DNA of 64,000 nt, from assembly GCA_016874755.1 (NCBI GenBank), contig VGTH01000022.1:19421-83420 (forward strand). The letters are read 5' to 3'. Shown here piece by piece: positions 39,725 through 48,546 of the stretch. This stretch comes from Deltaproteobacteria bacterium (lineage in GTDB: Bacteria; Desulfobacterota; Binatia; UBA9968). Every line of letters starts with the position of its first letter. Within the stretch, counting starts at the first letter, position 1. The position numbers and the translations under genes were made by a program. The notes beneath the pieces are model-generated. The model was not told the DNA's origin and searched no databases. It saw only the letters and a program-made list of their open reading frames with translations.

Positions 39725-42247
39725 TTACCGGGTGCTCTTGGAAAACAGCGCTGCCACACGTTGATCTTTGTGCTCTTTCAGAATCGTGTAAAGCCGTTCG
39801 GCCACCAGGCGGTGGCCGTTGGCATTTGGGTGATTGTCCCAATCGGCAATCCGCAGCGTATTGATCTCGTGGCCTTGATAGACGTCGCTGAGATCGGCAA
39901 CGACAAACCCCGCGGCGCGCGCGATGCGCAGAATTTCCGGGGTCTCCTCGACCCAATCGCCCTGTTCGACCTGGGGTAAAAACAAGAACAGCGGCACGAT
40001 GCCGCGCTCACGGCACTCGTCGACGATGTAGCGATAGGTCCAGGTGAGAATTTCATGGCGAAACGGCATCAGCCGGCGCGTGCCGATGGCCTCGGCCGTT
40101 TTCGGCGGCACCGCCGCTTTAGCGATGATTTCGCGCAGCGGCGCGAACGGCACGGCGATGTTCTTCGCGGTCACTTCCGCCAGATATGACGCCGATCGTG
40201 ACGCCTCGCGGCCTGTGGCCACGTAGAGCACCGCGTTGGGCGCAAAGGAATAAGCTTTTTCGACCACCAGCAGCTGCTGCACCGGCTGATAGCCCGGCAC
40301 CGCCATATTGAGAATTTCGTAGCGTTGATACGGTTTGCCCACGTTATTTTGATTGAGACGTTCTTCAACCAACGCTTCGAAGGTTTCATTATCGCGCACG
40401 CCCCAGCCCATCACGGACGAGGCGCCGAGTAGTGCAATCCGATAAGTGTTCGGCGCCGGTTTGGCTTCGTAGTCTTGGTCGCGCATGCCCCAACGGTTGG
40501 TGCGCACTGGGCCGTGGCTCGACATCGCGACAAAGGACGGAACCAATTCCCTATGAAGAAAATCTCCGGTAAAGCGATCCAACCCAGTGCCAGCCACGTC
40601 GAGCCAGGTCGACGGCCGGTTCATATACAACTCCCAGAGTTGGCTATTGAAGCGCTCCACCCGGTTCAAGTTTTCGTAGTAGCCTTTTTCCATCATCGCC
40701 ACGTCGAGCCGGCTCAGCCGTCCCGAGCGCAAGGTGTTGACGAAAGTAGCCGCCTGCGGCCCCAGATGCAGGTAAACCTCCTGAATGCCGGCCAGCGCAA
40801 GCGCCGCAAGAAACACCACATTGCCCACCGTCGCGCGGTTAAATAGCGTGGCGGGCGGGCGCTTGAGCTTCGACTGTTTGTCGCGGTACACGGAATATTC
40901 AGCGCCCAGCGACAGCACCAAAACGATGGCGAGCAAAAGCCCAACGGTCTTCACGGTTATCTTGTTTGCGGTCTCCCACAACGCGAGCCACTCCTCCACG
41001 GTTTCGCTCGACCACAGCGACCACAAAACGCAAATCAAAAGAAACATGCCGGTCGTGTTGAGCGCGCGCCGCAGGAACGGCACGAACTGGAAGCGGTACT
41101 TGCCCACGCTGCGCTCACGGCCGTGCTTCATCTCGTAAAGCGAATTGCCGACGACAAACAGCGCGAGGATGCCCCAGAACAACGCATCGGGGCCGGACAA
41201 CAACACCGTGCCGCGCAGCCAGAACCACTGGTAAGCGTGCAGCACCCAGGTCATGAAAAAAACAAAAAGCGTCGACAGCACGATGGCGCGTAGATCGCCT
41301 TTGGCGCGCAGTTTGAAATAGACCGGGTAGTAGAAAAGCTTCATCATGAAGTCTTTCCAATAGATGTTAATTCGGCGCCAAAAATCGGTAAAGCTCGACG
41401 ACAGATAATAAAGGTGGTGCGTCTCCGGCAGGTTGAAGCCGAACAAACGCAATAGACCGATGATCAGGTGGAACTGGCCGGAGATTCGCAGATAAAGCAG
41501 AAAGTTCGAGACGATGAATTGGAGCAAATCCCCTGAGTTGGCGATCTCCGTGGGTGCTACGGTCAGATAATAATAGACCAGACGGTAAAGGATCAGATGG
41601 ACGACACCGCGCGTCATCCAGACAATCGCCTGCTGGTAGCTGGCATGTTCTTCGGCATCGAAATAGTTGCGGCGAAAGGCCTTGTAGTCCACCACCGGAT
41701 ACATGGGAAAGCACACGTTGGGCAGCATGAAAAAGTAGGAGAATGCGCGCGGCCAGGAAAATGGTTCGTTTTCATGGGCCTGATCGTAAACGTAGATCAT
41801 CAAGCGAAACATGAACATGGCGCCTAGAATCGGCCAAATCGCCGGCGACCACGGAGCCGGCAACCAACCGACCCGCAGCAACGCTAGAAGAGCGGTGGCG
41901 CACAAAAGCAAGCCCACCCGCGCCCGCATACTGAACGGGAGATGACAGATCGTGATCAACATGCAGCCCAGGCCAATTAACCAAGCCGCTTGAACCGGCC
42001 CGAAAATAAGGCCAATACCGACAACAGAAAGGAGGGCAAAAAAGGGCAGCTTTAGGGACAACGGCAGAAAGTAGTGAACAGCGAACCCACCGAAAGCCAA
42101 AACGATAATACGAACAAATGCGCTGCTTTCGATCTGAAACTGCCGGATCGTGACCAGCAGTAAGAAAAGCTGCAGACCAAGTAGGATGAACCGTGACAGT
42201 CGATCACGAAGGGTGGAACTACTCGCAGTAGATTCACGGTTGTCCAT
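39725..42247 (-). CDS. MBOAT membrane acyltransferase fused to a C-terminal SGNH domain
   Basis: Many TM helices; SSFTDFWRRIN and TWVLH (catalytic His position); C-terminal RIALLGASS, ILNMAVPGY, DNHPN. Confidence 0.8.
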   Translation of the reverse strand: MDNRESTASSSTLRDRLSRFILLGLQLFLLLVTIRQFQIESSAFVRIIVLAFGGFAVHYFLPLSLKLPFFALLSVVGIGLIFGPVQAAWLIGLGCMLITICHLPFSMRARVGLLLCATALLALLRVGWLPAPWSPAIWPILGAMFMFRLMIYVYDQAHENEPFSWPRAFSYFFMLPNVCFPMYPVVDYKAFRRNYFDAEEHASYQQAIVWMTRGVVHLILYRLVYYYLTVAPTEIANSGDLLQFIVSNFLLYLRISGQFHLIIGLLRLFGFNLPETHHLYYLSSSFTDFWRRINIYWKDFMMKLFYYPVYFKLRAKGDLRAIVLSTLFVFFMTWVLHAYQWFWLRGTVLLSGPDALFWGILALFVVGNSLYEMKHGRERSVGKYRFQFVPFLRRALNTTGMFLLICVLWSLWSSETVEEWLALWETANKITVKTVGLLLAIVLVLSLGAEYSVYRDKQSKLKRPPATLFNRATVGNVVFLAALALAGIQEVYLHLGPQAATFVNTLRSGRLSRLDVAMMEKGYYENLNRVERFNSQLWELYMNRPSTWLDVAGTGLDRFTGDFLHRELVPSFVAMSSHGPVRTNRWGMRDQDYEAKPAPNTYRIALLGASSVMGWGVRDNETFEALVEERLNQNNVGKPYQRYEILNMAVPGYQPVQQLLVVEKAYSFAPNAVLYVATGREASRSASYLAEVTAKNIAVPFAPLREIIAKAAVPPKTAEAIGTRRLMPFRHEILTWTYRYIVDECRERGIVPLFLFLPQVEQGDWVEETPEILRIARAAGFVVADLSDVYQGHEINTLRIADWDNHPNANGHRLVAERLYTILKEHKDQRVAALFSKSTR

Positions 42248-42504
42248 CTCGGTGCCTTTGGCTCAGGTGATTGCAGGTCACCAAAGTTGCGAAAATATCG
42301 GTCGAACGGACTAGACCGACCTGCTGAATAATACGGTCGAACAGGTAGAGCTAAAGCCCTGCTGCGGCTCCTATTCCTATTCAAACTGAAGAGGCGATGT
42401 CAAGTGTAAACGAATGGGCAGGACGATAGTCTGTAAGCCGACAGAACGAGAAGGAGTCGCGCCATAAAAGCAAGCGCATGGCAGGCCAAGCGCGAGCGGC
42501 AGGT

Positions 42505-43194
42505 CTAATCACTTGCCTTGGCCGATTGCTCGATCAGCTCGTGTGCCTCTTCAGCGCCCAGGAAGCGATCAATCACAGCATGGCCGGCATAGAGGAGCGG
42601 TGTCACCGACAAAGCTACTATCAATTTAAATGAATAGTTCGACGCCGCCACGGTAAGAAACTCGGAGGTCTGGACTTTCCCCGGCAGCCAGAATGCAATA
42701 CCGATAATGACGATACTATCGATTAGTTGTGATACTACCGTAGAGCCGGTGGCGCGCATCCAAAGGTAGCGTCCACCGGTCTTATTGCGCACCAGCCAAA
42801 AAATAAACACGTCGACCAATTGGCTTATGGCAAACGCCGCGACGCTGCCGACGATGATCCACAAAGATTGGCCGAATACCGCGGTAAACTGCGCGTCGGT
42901 CACCGGCGAAAACGAAGCGGCCGGCACCTGCATGGCGAGAAACAGCACGACAAAAGCGTAGACGATCAGCGCAATGGTCATGAAGGTCAGGCGCTTGACG
43001 CCTTCGCGGCCGAAGTATTCGTTGATCAAATCGGTGGCGATGAACACCACCGGCCACGGGATCACGCCGATGCTCAACGTAAACGGACCCAAGGTAAACA
43101 GCTTGCCGCCGGTGAGCTCACCGAGGATGGCGTTGGTGACGAAGAAGCCGGCCAACGCGAGGTAAACGATATCTCTGCGGGTTTGCACTCCCAT
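42505..43194 (-). CDS. Queuosine precursor transporter (YhhQ/VUT family)
   Basis: TDLINEYFG, AFAISQLVDVFIF, WMRATGSTVVSQLIDS. Confidence 0.88.
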   Translation of the reverse strand: MGVQTRRDIVYLALAGFFVTNAILGELTGGKLFTLGPFTLSIGVIPWPVVFIATDLINEYFGREGVKRLTFMTIALIVYAFVVLFLAMQVPAASFSPVTDAQFTAVFGQSLWIIVGSVAAFAISQLVDVFIFWLVRNKTGGRYLWMRATGSTVVSQLIDSIVIIGIAFWLPGKVQTSEFLTVAASNYSFKLIVALSVTPLLYAGHAVIDRFLGAEEAHELIEQSAKASD

Positions 43195-43219
43195 GGTTAT
43201 ATTTCCGGTTAGCCGCGCC

Positions 43220-43365
43220 CTATTTCATGCCAAGATTCTTGAGAAAGCCAGAATTCGCGAGAGCATCGACTAACGAGTTGTCGTAGAAGTCGTTGGGATC
43301 GGCGGTTTTCACCTTGCGAAACTCTTTCTCGTCGAGATAGGCAAACTGGCCGCGGATCGCCGCCG
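43220..43365 (-). pseudogene. Probable 3' remnant of an ABC substrate-binding protein (NMT1/SsuA-like)
   Basis: KTADPNDFYDNSLVDALANSGFLKNL resembles SBP C-termini; only about 170 bp separate it from the divergent gene. Confidence 0.5.
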
Positions 43366-43538
43366 GCCGCGCCGATTTGATTGACCAACGATTTCCCATA
43401 ACGCGCTCCAGCTCATCGGACTTGTTAAATTTCGCACACACTGCCACGAGCCGTTTCCCGGCGCAACCGCTCCTTATTGACCAACCTATCGCTTTGAGTA
43501 TTATAACCATGAACGATCGCCGAGCCAGAGGAGCACTT

Positions 43539-44606
43539 ATGATTATCGACGCCGACGCCCACGTGGTGGAAACCGAACAGACCTGGAGCTACATGGATGG
43601 TTCCGACAAGAAGTTTCGCCCGCAGCTTTTCAGTTCCACCGATAACCCCAACATGCAGTACTGGTTCTGCGAAGGGAAATCGGTGGGCTTCCGTCCGCCG
43701 ACGTTGACCGAGCAGGAATTGATCGCGCTCTCAAAAGAAACCGGCCGCGAATTGAAGACCGCCGCAGGCGCGCGCGAGCTGCGCGATGTCGAACTGCGGT
43801 TATCGCACATGGACCGGCTCGGCATCGACGTGCAGGTGCTATTCAACACCATGTGGATCGCCCGCGTCGCCGACAAACCTGACGCGGAGATCGCCCTGTG
43901 CGGCTCGTGGAACCGCTGGATGGCCGACATGTGGAAGGCGGGCAAGAATCGGCTGCGCTATTCGTGTGTCGTGCCGGCGATGACGCCAAGCGAGGCAGTT
44001 CAGCAAATGCGCTTCGCCAAAGAGAACGGCGCGGTGGCAGTCAGTCTGCGCCCCTTCGAAAACGATCGGCATCTGGTCGACCCCTATTTTTATCCGATCT
44101 ACGAAGAAGCAAGCCGGCTCGATATGGCCATCGCGGTGCACATTGCCAACGGCAGTCCGGCGCTGATGGATCAGTTCAAACCGCGCTATGATAAAATGGG
44201 CGGCTTCGCGCAGTTCCGGGTGCCGACGGTGATCACCTGTTTGTCGCTGATGATGAGCGAGCTGCCGAAAGTTTTCCCCAAACTGCGCTGGAGCTTCGTC
44301 GAAGCGTCGGCACAATGGGTCCCCTGGGTGGTCAAAGAAGCGACGCGCCGCAGTGGCAGCAAAGGCTTTCCCAAACTGCCGTTCAAAGACTTCAATATCT
44401 ACGTCACGACGGAGACCAACGACGACTTCGACTTCGTGCTGCGCTACGCCAGCGAAGACAACGTCGTCATCGGCACCGACTATGGCCATACCGACGCTTC
44501 GAGCGAGGTCGACGCCATCGATATCTTTCGCGCCAACCCAGAAGTCACCGACCCGGTGAAAAAGAAAATTTTGGACGACAACCCGCGGCGGCTCTACGGG
44601 CTATGA
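43539..44606 (+). CDS. Amidohydrolase family protein (Amidohydro_2)
   Basis: IIDADAHVVE, YFYPIYEEA, FPKLRWSFVEA, GTDYGH, ILDDNPRRLY; GAGGAG RBS. Confidence 0.88.
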   Translation: MIIDADAHVVETEQTWSYMDGSDKKFRPQLFSSTDNPNMQYWFCEGKSVGFRPPTLTEQELIALSKETGRELKTAAGARELRDVELRLSHMDRLGIDVQVLFNTMWIARVADKPDAEIALCGSWNRWMADMWKAGKNRLRYSCVVPAMTPSEAVQQMRFAKENGAVAVSLRPFENDRHLVDPYFYPIYEEASRLDMAIAVHIANGSPALMDQFKPRYDKMGGFAQFRVPTVITCLSLMMSELPKVFPKLRWSFVEASAQWVPWVVKEATRRSGSKGFPKLPFKDFNIYVTTETNDDFDFVLRYASEDNVVIGTDYGHTDASSEVDAIDIFRANPEVTDPVKKKILDDNPRRLYGL

Positions 44607-44610
44607 AAAG

Positions 44611-44873
44611 CTAGCCCGAATTATTCATGCGACGGGGAAAACCCATGACACTGCGTCGATCGAAGTGGAACTCTGGAGGAGCGCAGGCATCAGCGCAAAT
44701 CGTTCGGTTTAATGCGCCGATGCTGGGCATCTCTTCGGCCTTTTCACTGCGATTCGCAGAGCAGGGCGACCGGCGGTCGCCCCTACAAGGCGGCGTCGCA
44801 GCGGATATCTGTTGCCTTCGCTCCGGAAGAGTTTCACTTCGATCGCGCCGCAGCGATGAATAGTCCGGGCTGG
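44611..44873. mobile_element. MITE-like non-autonomous element with imperfect terminal inverted repeats and an internal GTAG REP
   Basis: Left end CTAGCCCGAATTATTCAT...CGATCGAAGTGGAACTCT; right end AGAGTTTCACTTCGATCG...ATGAATAGTCCGGGCTGG; left 73 bp recur at 57897 and 62790. Confidence 0.7.
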
Positions 44874-44992
44874 GGGCGTTTAGGGAGGGGTCTATTGGGC
44901 GACTCGGGGGTATTCAATTTTTCATCGTCTGCCCTTGCTAAAGCGAGGAAACCATCTGAGGAGAAGTCAGACTACCGCATTCCCAAGCTCCA

Positions 44993-45841
44993 CTACGGAT
45001 TCTTCCGGCAGAACTCCAACACCCAATCGCAAATCTTCCGGGTCGTCTGCTCCGGCGGCATGACGTTGCGAAAATCACTTTTCGGCAACAGCTCGCGCAG
45101 ATAGTGCGCGCCGGAGGTGGCGTGCGAGGCATCGTCGCCGGGAATAATCAGCGCCGGCGCTTTGACGCCCAGCACTTCTTCAGGTTCGGCGCCGGTGGCG
45201 GTATCGCGGTCATATAATGTCCGGCCACTGGTGACGATCAAGCTCAAATAGCGATCGAGATCTTGCTTGGCGAAACTCTCGGCGAACTCTTTACTGCGCG
45301 CGATGCTGGTCGCCCACGGCCCAGCTTCCGGGTCGAGCCAAAACGATTTACCGCCGCGCGCCCGTTCGATGACACCATTGATGCCATTCTGCTTGGCGAA
45401 CTCGTAATGGCGCATGAAGCGCGCCTGGCTGTTCACTTTCCAACGATAACCGCCCACCGGCCAGTGTAAAATCAGACCGCGCGTCGCCTCGGGATAATGC
45501 ACACCGACGGCCAGCGCCACCGAACAGCCCATGCAGCCACCCATGACGTAGGCGGAGCCCAGCTTCAAATGATCGAGCAGCGCTTTGCCGTGCTGCGTGT
45601 AGCTCGCCCAGCTCAGCCGCTCGACTCGACCGCCCGACTGGCCGCACTCGCGCCGGTCGTAGAGAATGACAGCATGCTCCCGCGCCAGCGCCGCGATGGC
45701 ATCGATGCCGGTCCAGGCGCTGGCAACACGCCACTTATCGATGGTCGCGTCAAAGCCGCCTGGCGCGCACATCAAGATCGGCGTCCCCGAGCCGTGAACT
45801 TCATAGTAAGTTTCGATGCCATCGACCGTCACTGTCGGCAT
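44993..45841 (-). CDS. Alpha/beta hydrolase fold protein
   Basis: YYEVHGSG, YDRRECGQS, GGCMGC nucleophile elbow (Cys), GDDASH. Confidence 0.8.
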   Translation of the reverse strand: MPTVTVDGIETYYEVHGSGTPILMCAPGGFDATIDKWRVASAWTGIDAIAALAREHAVILYDRRECGQSGGRVERLSWASYTQHGKALLDHLKLGSAYVMGGCMGCSVALAVGVHYPEATRGLILHWPVGGYRWKVNSQARFMRHYEFAKQNGINGVIERARGGKSFWLDPEAGPWATSIARSKEFAESFAKQDLDRYLSLIVTSGRTLYDRDTATGAEPEEVLGVKAPALIIPGDDASHATSGAHYLRELLPKSDFRNVMPPEQTTRKICDWVLEFCRKNP

Positions 45842-45943
45842 AACGCATGCACCTTTCTATTCTTCTGGACATCAATTTAGCGGGCACGTAATATCAACTG
45901 CTCGCGCCAGTTGCATAACATGGAAACCGTGCATGTGAAAAGT

Positions 45944-46059
45944 TCGCGCAGCAGAGCGGAAGAATTCACCACCGAGACACCGAGAACACAGAGTTCGCAA
46001 GAGTGGTTCCAGGATTTCATAGCTCTTCACTCCGCGCCCCCAGCGCCCCTGCGCGAGAT
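45944..46059. repeat. Composite palindromic repeat (TCGCGCAG / TTCACCACCGAGAC families)
   Basis: TCGCGCAG...CTGCGCGAGATA termini with internal TTCACCACCGAGACACCGAG similar to 52835. Confidence 0.6.
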
Positions 46060-46082
46060 AATCCGCATCCGAGAGGTTCAAT

Positions 46083-46898
46083 GTGAGCGATCGCGACACC
46101 GAACAGAAATTCACTGAACTACTGAACGTCATGGCGCGCTTGCGCAGTGAGACGGGCTGCCCGTGGGACAAAGAACAAACCCACGCTTCGCTCAAGCCCT
46201 GCCTGCTCGAAGAAACCTACGAATTGCTCGACGCCATCGACGATGGCGAGACCAAAAAACTCAAGGAAGAACTGGGCGATGTGCTGCTGCAGGTGATTTT
46301 TCACGCGCAGATCGCCCGCGAAGAGAGCCGTTTCACCATCAAAGATGTCATCGAAATCCTTACTGACAAACTGGTACGGCGCCATCCATACGTTTTCGCC
46401 GGCGAACCACTGCCCGAAGATCCGGCGGCGGCGCTCAAACAGCGCGCTCAACTCAAGGCAAACGAAAAAAAAGAGGGCGAAAGCAAATCGGCACTGGGCA
46501 ATGTTCCCAGAGCGATGCCGGCACTGGCGCGGGCGCAGTCGATTTCGCGCCGCGCCGCCCATCTCGGCTTCGAGTGGCCCAACGTCGATGAGGTCTGGGG
46601 CAAGTTCGATGAGGAAGTGCGTGAATTACGAGAAGCCGCGCAGAGCGGCGACCAGACTCGCACTGGAGAGGAGCTCGGAGACTTGCTCTTCACCGCGGTG
46701 AATCTGGCGCGCTTCTTCGACGTGGAAGCAGAAGAGGTTCTAGCCCAGACCGTCGATCGCTTTACCAAACGCTTTCATCACATCGAAGCGCGGCTGCGTG
46801 CGGCCGACAAGCGCATCGAAGATGCCAATCTCGCCGAGATGGACCGCTACTGGGACGAAGCCAAGCAGCTCGAAAAACAGGAGAAGCCGGGGAAATGA
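46083..46898 (+). CDS. mazG: Nucleoside triphosphate pyrophosphohydrolase MazG
   Basis: GCPWDKEQT, EELGDVLLQVIFH, KLVRRHP, EELGDLLF. Confidence 0.95.
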   Translation: MSDRDTEQKFTELLNVMARLRSETGCPWDKEQTHASLKPCLLEETYELLDAIDDGETKKLKEELGDVLLQVIFHAQIAREESRFTIKDVIEILTDKLVRRHPYVFAGEPLPEDPAAALKQRAQLKANEKKEGESKSALGNVPRAMPALARAQSISRRAAHLGFEWPNVDEVWGKFDEEVRELREAAQSGDQTRTGEELGDLLFTAVNLARFFDVEAEEVLAQTVDRFTKRFHHIEARLRAADKRIEDANLAEMDRYWDEAKQLEKQEKPGK

Positions 46899-47866
46899 CC
46901 GTGGCGCCCAAAATCGTTTTTCTCGACGCCGCGACGTTCGGCGACATGTCGCTAGCACAGTTCACCGACCGCTGGCCGTGCACCGTGCATCAAGTGACGC
47001 AAGCCACTGAGACAGCAGCGCGGATTACCGGACATAACATCGCGGTCACGAATAAAGTCGCCTTCGACAAAACGATTCTGAACAGTCCGGCAGCGGAAGA
47101 GCTCAAACTGATCGCCGTCGCAGCTACGGGCACCGATGTCATCGACAAAGACGCAGCAACCAAGCGCGGCGTCAAAGTCTGCAACGTGCCGGGCTACGCC
47201 GCCCAAGCGGTGGGTCAATTCACCATTGCGCTGCTCCTAGAGTTGGCCAGCCGTATTGGCAGCAACAGCGCCGACGTCAAAGCCGGCGCCTGGCAAAGTA
47301 GTCCTGTCTACACACTCCTCACCTACCCGCAGGTCGAATTGCACGGCAAAAAACTCGGCATCATCGGCTACGGCAACATCGGCAAAACCGTCGCCAAGAT
47401 CGCCGGCGCGCTGGGCATGGAAATTCTCGTCGGCGCTCGCCCCGGCGGCTCGGCACCACCCAGCGATCGAGTGCCTCTCGATCGCCTGTTCCGCGAAGCC
47501 GATGTCATCACCCTGCACTGTCCGCTGACGCCGCAAACAAAAAACCTGATCAACGGGCAAACGTTAGCGTCCATGAAATCGACCGCGTTTCTGATCAACA
47601 CCGCCCGCGGCGCCTTGGTCGACGAAGCCGCGCTGATCGAAACCCTGCGCCACAAACGCATCGCCGGCGCCGCCGTCGACGTTATCACCCAAGAGCCGCC
47701 GCCCGCCGATCACCCGATGATCGTTGCCGCAAGAGAACTCTCCAACCTGATGGTCACACCGCACACGGCGTGGAGCGCGCGCGAAGCGCGCGAACGGCTG
47801 CTCAGCGAAGTCAAAGAAAACATCGCAGCGTTTCTCGCGGGACAACACCGCAATCGCGTCGCCTGA
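46895..47866 (+). CDS. D-2-hydroxyacid dehydrogenase (glycerate dehydrogenase-like)
   Basis: GYGNIG, LHCPLT, INTARG, TPHTAW. Confidence 0.9.
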   Translation: MTVAPKIVFLDAATFGDMSLAQFTDRWPCTVHQVTQATETAARITGHNIAVTNKVAFDKTILNSPAAEELKLIAVAATGTDVIDKDAATKRGVKVCNVPGYAAQAVGQFTIALLLELASRIGSNSADVKAGAWQSSPVYTLLTYPQVELHGKKLGIIGYGNIGKTVAKIAGALGMEILVGARPGGSAPPSDRVPLDRLFREADVITLHCPLTPQTKNLINGQTLASMKSTAFLINTARGALVDEAALIETLRHKRIAGAAVDVITQEPPPADHPMIVAARELSNLMVTPHTAWSAREARERLLSEVKENIAAFLAGQHRNRVA

Positions 47867-47902
47867 ACAGGAGGAGCTAAAAGCGGGAGCGAAAGCGGAC
47901 GA

Positions 47903-48334
47903 TCAGAACGGCACGTCGTCATCCATCGGCGGCTGGCCGCCGCCCATCCCACCAGCCATGCCCATGTCGTCGCCCATCTGCTGCTGGGGCACGCGCGTGC
48001 CGCCGCCGCTGCCGAGAAACCTGACGTTTTGCGCGACGATTTCGGTGATGTAGCGTTTTGCTCCGGTGTTTTTATCGTCGTAGCTCCGGGTGCGGATGCT
48101 GCCCTCGATGTAAACCTCGCGGCCTTTGGAGAGATATTGGCCGCAGGTCTCGGCCTGCTTGCCCCAGACCACGATGTTGTGCCACTCGGTGCGCTCCTGA
48201 CGTTTGCCATCGCGGTCGTTCCACTGTTCGGAGGTGGCCAGCGAGAAATTGGCGACGGCACTGCCGGTGTTGGTGAAACGCACTTCGGGATCTTTGCCCA
48301 AGCGACCGACGAGAATGACTTTGTTAACCGACAT
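47903..48334 (-). CDS. ssb: Single-stranded DNA-binding protein
   Basis: [25 protein letters not shown] tail. Confidence 0.97.
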   Translation of the reverse strand: MSVNKVILVGRLGKDPEVRFTNTGSAVANFSLATSEQWNDRDGKRQERTEWHNIVVWGKQAETCGQYLSKGREVYIEGSIRTRSYDDKNTGAKRYITEIVAQNVRFLGSGGGTRVPQQQMGDDMGMAGGMGGGQPPMDDDVPF

Positions 48335-48546
48335 GCTTGCCTCCGACGGCGCTAAAACTTAGCCGCAAGTTATCGCCGGCGATTTGCAGAGTCAAACAAC
48401 TACAAAGCGGGATTCCCCGTAGAGAGCCCGGCGCGGCGCGATTGGAATCTTTGTCGGCAACAAGATTTGCGCAAGCCGCGCGACTCCGAAATACCGCCCC
48501 CTTGCGACTGTCGCGCTCTTATGTCCCAATAGATGCTTCACCCGTC

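Noticed and set aside
37848..42247. Canonical dlt operon for teichoic acid D-alanylation
   Set aside because: Diderm host (lolA, OmpA, porin), proline-type pocket, extra dehydrogenase and fused SGNH do not fit DltABCD
43195..43260. preQ1 riboswitch upstream of the yhhQ-like gene
   Set aside because: Only 25 bp precede the gene before a gene remnant, and no recognisable aptamer was seen
44712..45104. ORFs sharing EFHFDR (also 62573-62863) as a small protein family
   Set aside because: The shared peptide is just translation of the DNA repeat
48337..48546. N-terminal extensions of argS (likewise 43377-43538 and 63735-63896)
   Set aside because: Family similarity starts at downstream ATGs; the extensions look like intergenic or repeat sequence
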